Below, in pieces: positions 1 through 8,010 of a stretch of DNA of 17,077 bases (position 1 is its first letter; the number at the start of each line of letters is the position of its first letter). The stretch comes from Acidobacteriota bacterium. GTDB taxonomy: Bacteria; Acidobacteriota; UBA6911; JACQSX01. Position numbers and translations under genes: made by a program. The notes under the pieces are model-generated. The model searched no databases. It saw nothing but the letters and a program-made list of their open reading frames with translations, and had not been told where the DNA came from. The stretch spans positions 1-17,077 of the forward strand of contig DASXQR010000050.1 of NCBI GenBank assembly GCA_036507075.1. The letters are read 5' to 3'.

Positions 1-1
1 C

Positions 2-1438
2 GCCGAGCTGGACGCTTGGTATCGGGAGCATGGTTTACAACCGGACAAAGACGGCATCTTTGCCGAGATGCCTTATGGAGCGCCCCCTGTCAGCAGGGAG
101 CACATCCTCGAGCAAGTGGCGGCGAACGCTTTACGCCACGACGTTCCGAATCTTCACCCTCGGGAATACACGCCGAAGATCATGGTGTACGTCGGCGGCG
201 GGCCGACTCTCAGGGATCATCTCGATGAGATCAAGCGCAAATGCGAAGACGAGGCTTATGAGGTCTACACGTCGAATGCGACGTGCAGGTTTATAACCTC
301 TAAAGGCATCAAGCCGGATTTTCACCTGATTCTAGATCCGACTGAGCGCAAGGTCAGGGACTTGGATTATGAGGAAGACGTTCCGCTAGTCCTGGGTCTT
401 CAGTGCCATCCTAAGCTTTTCGAGAGAGCGAAAGACAAGGGCGTCAAGGTCTACAAGTTCTTGGCGGCTTCGGTTACGGGAGCTGATGGAAAGTCGGATA
501 AAGAAGCTGCGCAAGCCGCATTGACAAAGGAAGACTCCCAACTGATGGGTATTGGCGGGGGTTCGATGTGCGGGACGAGGATGATCTATTTCGCCGTGGC
601 GATGGGCTATAGACGCCTGGAGTTCTACGGGGTTGACGGCAGCGTGGACATGAAGGATGGGCTTGTCCGCTGTTATGCCTATAACAAGCCGCGGGGCGAA
701 AATATCCTGGAGACGACGGCCGAGAACGGAAAGAAGTTTTACACAACCATGTCTTTGGCGAGGCAGGGAGAAGAGCTAGTTCTTCTCCTTGACCAGATGC
801 CGGGCTTGGATGTCGAGATATACGGCGACTCTCTGATGGCGAATCATCTCGCCCTCTATAGGGAATTAAGAAAACCACACCCTTGGTGCATCACTCCCGA
901 GTACCTTGAACTTCAGCGCCAGATGCACGAGGAATACGGTGCTAGTTACGGGCAGGTCGGCAAGTACCACGCGCCCAGGGTCTTCATGGCGGCTGCGCAG
1001 GTGCTGCGAAAAGTCGGCCGGTGCCGGGTTCTCGACTATGGGGCTGGCAAGGGGGCGCTTTGCAAAGCGATCGCACAAGCGTTCCCGGAAGTTCCGGGGA
1101 TCAGCTATCACGAGTATGACCCCTGCGTGCCGGGAATCGACAGTCCACCGTTGCCGGCCGAGGTCGTGTTCTGCGGGGATGTAATGGAGCACGTAGAACC
1201 GGAGTGCGTCGATACCGTTTTGCGCCATATCCGCGACCTGACGAAAGAAGTGGCGATTTTCATCATTTCCCTGTCAGAGGCCGGGAAAAAGCTTGCGGAC
1301 GGCAGGAACGCGCACATCAGCCTGCACGGGGCTGATTGGTGGAGGTCATACCTCAAGAAATATTTCTTGGTCGTTGAGCACCAACTGGAGCCCGCTGTAC
1401 ATGCTTTGGTCGCGGTGTGCGTGAGATTGCCGAGATGA
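2..1438 (+). CDS. Fusion: Maf/DUF115 (MptE-like, sialyltransferase-related) domain + C-terminal class I SAM methyltransferase; possibly 5'-truncated
   Basis: The frame is open from base 2 (AELDAWYREHG...) through ATG 68. N-domain motifs VYVGGGPTL, TSNAT..I..KGIKPDFHLILDP and GGSMCG...AVAMGYRRLEFYGVDGS match the DUF115/Maf pattern. C-domain has VLDYGAGKG (SAM motif I), YDP, CGDVMEHVEP and DGRNAH...WW. Confidence 0.8.
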   Translation, partial: AELDAWYREHGLQPDKDGIFAEMPYGAPPVSREHILEQVAANALRHDVPNLHPREYTPKIMVYVGGGPTLRDHLDEIKRKCEDEAYEVYTSNATCRFITSKGIKPDFHLILDPTERKVRDLDYEEDVPLVLGLQCHPKLFERAKDKGVKVYKFLAASVTGADGKSDKEAAQAALTKEDSQLMGIGGGSMCGTRMIYFAVAMGYRRLEFYGVDGSVDMKDGLVRCYAYNKPRGENILETTAENGKKFYTTMSLARQGEELVLLLDQMPGLDVEIYGDSLMANHLALYRELRKPHPWCITPEYLELQRQMHEEYGASYGQVGKYHAPRVFMAAAQVLRKVGRCRVLDYGAGKGALCKAIAQAFPEVPGISYHEYDPCVPGIDSPPLPAEVVFCGDVMEHVEPECVDTVLRHIRDLTKEVAIFIISLSEAGKKLADGRNAHISLHGADWWRSYLKKYFLVVEHQLEPAVHALVAVCVRLPR

Positions 1439-2103
1439 GGGTCATCGCTTTTGCCTATGCGGATGCAATTCCCAGATTGACCCCGATCTACAGGGGTCTT
1501 GCGGAAGACCTGGTATCCAACATCAAGGCCGTGATGCCGGGAACCAAGATCGTTCACGTCGCGGACGAAACGACGCATCCGATTCCGGGGGCGGAAGTCT
1601 TGCGGGTGAAGCGTGACGTGCCGTTGATGACGTGGCACATGCGCTGCCACAAAGAGGCCCAAAGCCTTGGGGATGAGGTCCTATTCACTGAGCCGGATGT
1701 TCGCTTCCGCGCCGATATTCTCGATGTGTTCGACGATCCGGACTTCGATATAGCGGTGACGGAAAGAGAAGTCGATTCGACTTGGACCATTGATGGCCGC
1801 AAAGTCCTTCTCTCGGCCGTAGCGCCCTATACCCTCGGGACGACCTTTTCGCGCAGCGCCAAGTTCTGGGAGGAAGTAACGGCTCATTGCGCGACTCTCG
1901 GGCAAGCCGAACAGCACTGGCTGGGAGACATGCTTTCGCTGTGGGCGATCATGCAGACCGGGCGCTACAAGGTGAAGGTGATTCCAGGCCCTATCTACAA
2001 CCACATCCCCTGCTCTCGGGAGGACTCCTGCGATGTGAAGGTGCTCCACTACAAGGGGATGCGCAAGGAATGGTTGTTTAGAGGCATGAGAGAAGCCGCA
2101 TGA
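1435..2103 (+). CDS. Putative GT-A fold nucleotide-diphospho-sugar transferase (222 aa)
   Basis: ATG 1435 overlaps the upstream stop (ATGA). VLFTEPDV (hhh-ExD, a DxD-like motif), FDIAVT, WLGDM, IYNHIP and VLHYKG.RK resemble GT8/GT34/GT77-like enzymes. Confidence 0.65.
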   Translation: MRVIAFAYADAIPRLTPIYRGLAEDLVSNIKAVMPGTKIVHVADETTHPIPGAEVLRVKRDVPLMTWHMRCHKEAQSLGDEVLFTEPDVRFRADILDVFDDPDFDIAVTEREVDSTWTIDGRKVLLSAVAPYTLGTTFSRSAKFWEEVTAHCATLGQAEQHWLGDMLSLWAIMQTGRYKVKVIPGPIYNHIPCSREDSCDVKVLHYKGMRKEWLFRGMREAA

Positions 2104-2741
2104 AGAAGGTAAACGGCGGCGCGTGGATTCCTGACGACGAAGAAGACAGGGTAATGCTCGGGGCCGGGGTCAAGTATCAATCCAACAAGCTTTTAGCGGC
2201 GTTGCCTTACTGCAAGCGGGCGAGAACGGCTATTGATGCTGGCGCGCATTGCGGTCTGTGGACGGTCCAGCTCGCTCAATATTTCGAGAGAGTGGAGGCC
2301 TTCGAGCCCCTTCAAAGACATATCGAGTGCTGGAAGAAAAACGCCTCGTGGAAGCTGACTAACCACCTTCATGAAGTAGCCCTCGGAGAAAAAGACAGTT
2401 CCTGCGGCATGCACCTTGTCGAGCGCATGTCAGCCAGAAGCCACGTTAACGGCGGCAGTGAATACAAGATGAATCGCCTTGATGATTATGAATTTGAAAA
2501 TGTGGACTTCATCAAGGTCGATGTCGAGGGCTACGAGCTATTCGTTTTGAAGGGGGCGGAACAAACGCTATTGAAATACAAGCCCTGCGTAGTAGTGGAG
2601 CAGAAACCGCATCACGGAGGGAAGTACGGCCTTTCGGACACGGCTGCGGTTGATTATCTGAAGTCTTTGGGCGCAGAAGTGCGCGCGGAGATCGTCGGCG
2701 ATTTCATTATGAGTTGGCACGCGCCGGAATTGAAGTCGTGA
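2100..2741 (+). CDS. FkbM-family SAM methyltransferase (213 aa)
   Basis: AIDAGAHCG, VEAFEP, VALG and DFIKVDVEGYELFVLKGA are canonical FkbM motifs. ATGA coupling to the upstream gene. Confidence 0.92.
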   Translation: MKKVNGGAWIPDDEEDRVMLGAGVKYQSNKLLAALPYCKRARTAIDAGAHCGLWTVQLAQYFERVEAFEPLQRHIECWKKNASWKLTNHLHEVALGEKDSSCGMHLVERMSARSHVNGGSEYKMNRLDDYEFENVDFIKVDVEGYELFVLKGAEQTLLKYKPCVVVEQKPHHGGKYGLSDTAAVDYLKSLGAEVRAEIVGDFIMSWHAPELKS

Positions 2742-4471
2742 CCTGGAGCATCGAAAAAAGCCAAGGCAACGAATCCCGGCACGTCGTTTGGGATCTGGTG
2801 CCCTACATGAGAGGCGAGGCCTTGGATCTTGGCTGCGGCCCCTACAAGGCACTGCCGCACTTTATCGGCATTGACTCCTGCAAGGACACCGATATTTTCG
2901 GAATCCAGATGCGCCCGGACATGAAGCGGGATGTCACGAAACTTCCCGGACTCGCCTCCGGGCACTATGACTGCGTTTACAGCTCGCACACCCTGGAGCA
3001 CGTTGAGGACCATGTAGCGACGCTCCGGGAATGGTGGAGGCTTGTAAAAGTAGGCGGGTATCTGTGCTTGTATCTCCCCCATGCGGATTTTTACCCGCGG
3101 TGCAAGGGAAAGGAAGAATGGGACGAGTGGTGCAAGGAGCATCCGCCGGCAGAGTTCGCCAGTTCAGCCGCGGCGGTGGAAGCCTTTGCTAACGAACGAA
3201 GGTCTAAGGGGTTGACCAAGATCGGCGAGATTTACGCGGGGACCCCATTCGCCAACCCGGACCACAAGAGCGATTTTCTCCCGTCCGACATCATCAACGC
3301 GATGAAGAAGATCGGCGGTGGGTTTGATCTTGTGGAGAACGAAGAACGAAACGAGGGAGATGAATACTCCTTCTGGCAGGTCTACAAGAAGATTACCAGC
3401 GGTATCAAGGAAAGCTGGAAAGAGCCGAAACCAGCGAAGACCTGCGCGGTCATCCGTTACGGAGCCCAGGGCGATCACATCATTAGCTCGAGCATCTACC
3501 CCTGGTTAAAAGAGCAGGGCTATCACATCACGCTCTACTGCCAAACAGGACTAGGTTATGAAGTGGTGAAGCACGATCCCCATATCGACCGCTTCATCCT
3601 TCAGGAGAGGGACGCCGTTCCCCCTCAGTTTCTAGGGGAGTTTTGGGGACACGAGAAGAAGAAGTACGACAAGTGGGTCAACCTTTGCGAGTCTGTAGAG
3701 GGCACGCTTTTGGCATGTCCTGACCGGGTGCAGTACGAATGGCCGAACCATTTGAGGGCGAAGTATCTGGACAGGAATTACCTTGAGTGGACCCACGAGT
3801 TGGCGGAAGTCCCGCCTCCGTATAGACCAAAGTTCTATTCAACGGAAACAGAGAAAACGTGGGCGAGGCAGCAGGCGGCGAAGTTCGGAAAGAGAAACGT
3901 CCTGTGGTCTCTGGCCGGCAGCTCCGGCCATAAAGTGTGGCCGCACGTAGATGCAATCATCGCTGGGTTGATGCTCCAGTATCCCGACGTTCATGTGGTA
4001 ACGGTCGGGGATGAGGCTTGCGAACTGCTTGAGCAGGGCTGGGGGCGAGAGCCGAGGGTTCATTGCCGCTCTGGAAAGTGGAGAATCAGGGAGTCTCTTG
4101 CTTTTGCGGAAGTCGCAGACTTGATCATCGGGACGGAGACCGGGCTTTTGAATGCCGCCGGGTCCATGGACGCTCACAAGATCATCACACTCTCGCACTC
4201 GAGCGAAAATATGCTCACCCGCCACTGGGTAAATACGACGGTTCTTAAGCAACCAGATGGTATTGGTTGCTCCAAGAGATGGACCGAGAATGGTGGGGCC
4301 TGCAGGCAATTGCACGGCGGCAATGGATTTGATCCTTGGAAAGACTGCCCCAAACATGAAGGTGAAGGGGTTGCTCTATGCCAGTACCACGTCGGTCCTG
4401 AAATGATGTGGGGAGCGGTAGAGCGGGTCTTGGGAAAGCCGAACGTAATTCCGATCAGGAAAGCAGCATGA
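2738..4471 (+). CDS. Fusion: class I SAM methyltransferase + GT9 (heptosyltransferase-like, GT-B) glycosyltransferase (577 aa)
   Basis: GTG 2738 overlaps the upstream stop (GTGA). N-terminal LDLGCG and YSSHTLEH...LREWWRLVKVGGYL. C-terminal VIRYGAQGD, HDPHID, HKVWP, ADLIIGTETGLLNAAG and a Cys-rich tail follow the GT9 layout. Confidence 0.85.
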   Translation: MTWSIEKSQGNESRHVVWDLVPYMRGEALDLGCGPYKALPHFIGIDSCKDTDIFGIQMRPDMKRDVTKLPGLASGHYDCVYSSHTLEHVEDHVATLREWWRLVKVGGYLCLYLPHADFYPRCKGKEEWDEWCKEHPPAEFASSAAAVEAFANERRSKGLTKIGEIYAGTPFANPDHKSDFLPSDIINAMKKIGGGFDLVENEERNEGDEYSFWQVYKKITSGIKESWKEPKPAKTCAVIRYGAQGDHIISSSIYPWLKEQGYHITLYCQTGLGYEVVKHDPHIDRFILQERDAVPPQFLGEFWGHEKKKYDKWVNLCESVEGTLLACPDRVQYEWPNHLRAKYLDRNYLEWTHELAEVPPPYRPKFYSTETEKTWARQQAAKFGKRNVLWSLAGSSGHKVWPHVDAIIAGLMLQYPDVHVVTVGDEACELLEQGWGREPRVHCRSGKWRIRESLAFAEVADLIIGTETGLLNAAGSMDAHKIITLSHSSENMLTRHWVNTTVLKQPDGIGCSKRWTENGGACRQLHGGNGFDPWKDCPKHEGEGVALCQYHVGPEMMWGAVERVLGKPNVIPIRKAA

Positions 4472-4482
4472 CAAAAATAAGA

Positions 4483-4497
4483 ATGGGAGAAACCCAT
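4483..4497 (+). promoter_or_regulatory. Hairpin ATGGG-AGAAA-CCCAT covering the SD (GGGAG 4485-4489) and the proposed ATC start
   Basis: Perfect 5-bp inverted repeat with a 5-nt loop, preceded by A-rich CAAAAATAAGA. Confidence 0.4.
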
Positions 4498-5479
4498 CAG
4501 TACATCGGGCTCTTGGGACTTTAGCCTCACCGCAGCCCAGATCATCGCGGCGGCGTATGAGGATCTTGGTGTCATTGCACCAGGGGGAACTGTCGCCTCC
4601 GCAGATTCAACGATGGCGCTGCGGCGTCTCAACATGCTCGTCAAGCAGTGGCAGGGAAATTCCGACCTCGCTCCCGGGCTCAAGATTCACACCAGGCAAC
4701 GGGTAACGCTCTTCCTCGCTGTTGGTCAGCAGAACTATCTTGTTGGTCCTGCATCCACCGACGCCCGAGCAACAACCCAATACGGCAGGACGACTGTCAG
4801 CTCGGCCTACGCAAGCGGCACGAGCCTGTCCGTAACCGCCCTGACCGATACGACGACTTACCCCGGAACGACGGTGACGATGACCGCCTCGGACATCATC
4901 GGTGTGGAGTTGAACGATGGGACGATCGGATGGACAACGATTAGCGCCGCGGCTTCCAGCCCCATCACGTTAGCTGCGGGTCTCGGTGGAGCTGCGGCGG
5001 CAGGCAAATACGTCTGGTGGTTCACATCAAGGGCTCAGAGATTTCCGCTGATCGAGTCGGCGGTCCTCAGAAATTCCAGCCTCGACGATACGCCGCTCGC
5101 CGTCTATACAGATGTCAGGGACTATGAGCTGGGAATTGCCGACAAATACTCGGATGGCCAGCCGTCCGCGATTCTGGTCGAGCCGCTACGAATTGCGACG
5201 CGGGTTATCTGCAATTCCCAACCGACCGATATAACGAGCCAGGTCCTCATGACCGTCCTTTACCCGGCCGAGGACTACGACGCCACCAGTGACGACATAG
5301 CTTTCCCGCAGGAATGGTTCGCGGCGCTGTCGTGGGAGCTTGCTCTGAGGCTTGCTCCCGCCAAAGGAAGGCCATGGACTCCGGAGATGGACATGAACCA
5401 TAAGACGGCGCTGGCGATGGCGCGGTCTGTGAATCCAGAGAACTGCACGCTCTACTTTCAAGGCAGCGGTGTGATCTAG
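4496..5479 (+). CDS. Head-to-tail adaptor (P22 gp4-like) with an inserted Ser/Thr-rich domain; proposed ATC start (327 aa)
   Basis: The frame upstream of ATG 4613 reads (I)STSGSWDFSLTAAQIIAAAYEDLGVIAPG...ALRRLNMLVKQWQ, typical of gp4-like adaptor N-termini. The C-terminus FPQEWFAALSWELALRLAP is also typical. There is an in-frame stop at 4478-4480 and no ATG/GTG/TTG between it and 4613. Confidence 0.8.
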   Translation: MSTSGSWDFSLTAAQIIAAAYEDLGVIAPGGTVASADSTMALRRLNMLVKQWQGNSDLAPGLKIHTRQRVTLFLAVGQQNYLVGPASTDARATTQYGRTTVSSAYASGTSLSVTALTDTTTYPGTTVTMTASDIIGVELNDGTIGWTTISAAASSPITLAAGLGGAAAAGKYVWWFTSRAQRFPLIESAVLRNSSLDDTPLAVYTDVRDYELGIADKYSDGQPSAILVEPLRIATRVICNSQPTDITSQVLMTVLYPAEDYDATSDDIAFPQEWFAALSWELALRLAPAKGRPWTPEMDMNHKTALAMARSVNPENCTLYFQGSGVI

Positions 5480-5491
5480 CGATCTCAGAAG

Positions 5492-5505
5492 ACAAATAAC
5501 AAGAG
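5492..5505 (+). repeat. 14-bp intergenic direct repeat ACAAATAACAAGAG, copy 1
   Basis: Identical to 14524-14537; lies 5 nt before the HNH ATG. Confidence 0.85.
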
Positions 5506-5510
5506 CCAAA

Positions 5511-5999
5511 ATGGCCACTACAGAGCAACAAAGGGCAGCACACAAGAAATGGTTCTCCAAGGACCCGGAGAAAGCTCGCGCGATCATCCGAGAAATCAGT
5601 AGGCGGTACAGGGCCAAGCACTCGGAGAAGGTTCGGCAAAAAGACCGAGAACGCGGTGCCGCAAAGATGGCGAAATACAGAGAGAAGTACCCGGAAAGAG
5701 TAAAGGCGTACTACGAAGCAAACATACATCGATGGCATGCACAGACCGCTAGGCGCAGGGCTTCAAAATCGAATGCGACGCCAGTCTGGGCCGATAAGGC
5801 AAAGATTGCAGAGTTCTATCGGATAGCGGCGGAAAAGACTCGCGCGACTGGCATGTCGTGGGAAGTGGACCACATCGTGCCGTTGCATAGCAAGTTTGTT
5901 TGCGGGCTGCATGTTGAAAACAACCTTCAAGTCATTCCGGCCACCGTGAATAGGGTCAAGTTCAATAAGTGGTGGCCTGATATGCCGGAGGGCATTTAA
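5511..5999 (+). CDS. Free-standing HNH endonuclease (162 aa)
   Basis: EVDHIVPL...VCGLHVENNLQVIPATVNRVKFNK HNH core, preceded by a basic helical region. Confidence 0.92.
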   Translation: MATTEQQRAAHKKWFSKDPEKARAIIREISRRYRAKHSEKVRQKDRERGAAKMAKYREKYPERVKAYYEANIHRWHAQTARRRASKSNATPVWADKAKIAEFYRIAAEKTRATGMSWEVDHIVPLHSKFVCGLHVENNLQVIPATVNRVKFNKWWPDMPEGI

Positions 6000-6959
6000 G
6001 TGGCGACGCAAACCTATACCGACGGCGTCTCACTGACCGCTGCGGCGGAGTTTAATCTTTTCGACTCGGCTGCTTATGCGGTCCTCTCTTCTGTAAGCGG
6101 GACCAACACCATCACTGCGACTGGGCCAGCTAATTACACATATGCCGCCACGCGACCGGCCATCTTTTTCGTGCCAGCAAACACGAACACTGCCGCGACG
6201 ACGATCAACATCACGCCATCCGGTGGCGCTGCTCTAGGAGCGAGAAATATTTTCTGGAATGGCGCGGCATGCGTCGGCGGCGAGTTGCGCCAGAACGTAC
6301 CAGCGGCGCTGATCGATGATGGCACGCGGTTCCACATCATCGCCAATGGATTCGGCGCGCCGTTTCTGGATACCTATGCGATTGTCGAAGGATCAGCGGA
6401 TTCCACCAAGAAAGTCCGGTTTGAAGTTGATGGTCTAACCACCGCAACTACCAGAGTAATCACGCCGCCGGATAAAAACATCAACCTCGGAATCACGCTC
6501 GGCACTTCCACAAGCGCCTCTGGAACCGCCGTTGATTTCACGTCCATTCCGTCTGGTGTATCGCGCATCACGATCATGCTCTTTGCCGTGTCCACGAACG
6601 GCACCAGCAGAGTGATCGTGCAACTGGGCGATGGTGGCGGCGTGGAGACTGCCGGGTATAGCCAGCGCTCCCACAAGCTGACCGCAGGGACAATCGACGA
6701 CGCCACGACAGCCTTCGGCATTTACAACGCCCCCGGCGCGACGGATGCCATGTATGGGCAAATCATCCTGAATCGGGTTACGTCAAGCCATGACTGGGTG
6801 ATGAGCAGCACCATCATCAACATCACCGCGACGACCGATACCAACATCGGCGGCGGTCACAAGCAGACCTCGGCGGAATTGGATCGAGTCCGTATCACGA
6901 TGGCGAACGGCACCGATACCTTCGACGCTGGCACGATCAACATCTCCTATGAGTTTTAA
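6000..6959 (+). CDS. Tail fibre/appendage-like structural protein (319 aa)
   Basis: Thr/Ser/Gly/Ala-rich. The N-terminal TYTDGVSLTAAAEFN resembles podovirus fibre anchors, and the C-terminal domain is beta-rich (VDFTSIPS...LDRVRIT..GTDTFDAGTINISYE). GGAGG precedes the GTG. Confidence 0.65.
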   Translation: MATQTYTDGVSLTAAAEFNLFDSAAYAVLSSVSGTNTITATGPANYTYAATRPAIFFVPANTNTAATTINITPSGGAALGARNIFWNGAACVGGELRQNVPAALIDDGTRFHIIANGFGAPFLDTYAIVEGSADSTKKVRFEVDGLTTATTRVITPPDKNINLGITLGTSTSASGTAVDFTSIPSGVSRITIMLFAVSTNGTSRVIVQLGDGGGVETAGYSQRSHKLTAGTIDDATTAFGIYNAPGATDAMYGQIILNRVTSSHDWVMSSTIINITATTDTNIGGGHKQTSAELDRVRITMANGTDTFDAGTINISYEF

Positions 6960-7286
6960 GTGGACCGCATCGAATCAAACGTGCTGACCGGAGAGTCGAC
7001 CCTCGTCACTCTGACGCAGGCCGAGGTCGATGAAGCCAACGCGCGCACGGCCGCTATGGAGGCAGTGGAGGCCCCGATCAGGGCTCGGCTCTCGACCGAC
7101 GCCCAGGAATGCACGTCCTGTCGTCTCGACTCCACGATCATGAACCTAGTCAACCAGACCAAGGCCGAGTGGCTGACGTGGGCATCGAACAATTTCCCGA
7201 CGCTGACCGCCGCTGAGAAAACCCGGCTCGGCAATCTCTTCTGGGTGGTGGCGCTAGGCGTGCGCAGGGAAGTGCGCTATGGCTGA
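6960..7286 (+). CDS. Hypothetical protein, possible fibre assembly chaperone (108 aa)
   Basis: Abuts the fibre gene (TAA-GTG). The N-terminus RIESNVLTGE..LVTLTQAE is reminiscent of small proteins that follow fibre genes. Function is inferred from position. Confidence 0.5.
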   Translation: MDRIESNVLTGESTLVTLTQAEVDEANARTAAMEAVEAPIRARLSTDAQECTSCRLDSTIMNLVNQTKAEWLTWASNNFPTLTAAEKTRLGNLFWVVALGVRREVRYG

Positions 7287-7287
7287 A

Positions 7288-8010
7288 CTACAGGCGGAAC
7301 TTATGCCATACATCGCCGTGCTGGATACGCCACGGCTGGCGAGGCTCGCACAACAATTCGCCGCAGGCTTCAAAGAAGCCCACATTGCGCACCGGATCGT
7401 AGCGCACGCGGCCCGGCAGCACGCTCTCGCAGGCGAGCTGCGTACTGAATTTCTGGTCAATGAGGGCGACGACCCACTTCTTCGGCCGCTGGCGCAGATA
7501 AAAGAGGATGTCAAGGCAGGCGCCCTTCGATCCGTCCGCGAGGATTTCGGTCGGCCCGTCCACGAAAAAGAGATCAGCATCCGGAATCTCGGCATCGTAG
7601 CGAACGCCGCGGATGCCGTCGAAAGCCGCTTCGACAGCCTCGGCGTGAACGGCGGTCACTGGCAGTTCGCGGATCAGTGGCAAGAGGTCGCGGTGGTAGG
7701 AATCAATCGCCTCGAAGGTGACGAGATGCCCTCCGGTTTGCTTGAGGGCATGGCCGAGTACGACCGAGGACTTGCCGGACCCGAACTCCACTACGACGCG
7801 CGGCTTGTGCAGCAGCACGTAGCGGTGCAGGAGCATGTAGTCGGTGAGATCGGCTCCCGTGCTGCAGGAGCCGTCAAGGTCTACGCCCAGCCCTCTGATG
7901 TAGATGGCAGCGAGAGATTCGTTCTCGGCGATGGCGTCTCGGAACGTGGCGCGGCTTTGCCATCGGCGCGTGATCTCGTAGCGCAGCCGCCTTTCTATGC
8001 GAGCAAGCAT
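7288..8010 (-). CDS. Class I SAM methyltransferase (Methyltransf_24-like, about 240 aa), inverted relative to the operon
   Basis: KPRVVVEFGSGKSS (motif I), LVTFEA (motif II) and DLFFVDGP. Likely ATG at 8010; alternative GTG at 8028. Confidence 0.85.
   Translation of the reverse strand: MLARIERRLRYEITRRWQSRATFRDAIAENESLAAIYIRGLGVDLDGSCSTGADLTDYMLLHRYVLLHKPRVVVEFGSGKSSVVLGHALKQTGGHLVTFEAIDSYHRDLLPLIRELPVTAVHAEAVEAAFDGIRGVRYDAEIPDADLFFVDGPTEILADGSKGACLDILFYLRQRPKKWVVALIDQKFSTQLACESVLPGRVRYDPVRNVGFFEACGELLCEPRQPWRIQHGDVWHKFRL

Noticed and set aside
2..4471. Methyltransferases as DNA methyltransferases of a restriction-modification system
   Set aside because: No DPPY/NPPY or PCQ catalytic motifs; the motifs fit small-molecule or glycan methyltransferases.
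5994..6963. TTTAAGTGG repeated at both ends of the fibre gene
   Set aside because: Largely explained by the stop-plus-GTG junction; too short to claim a recombination cassette.
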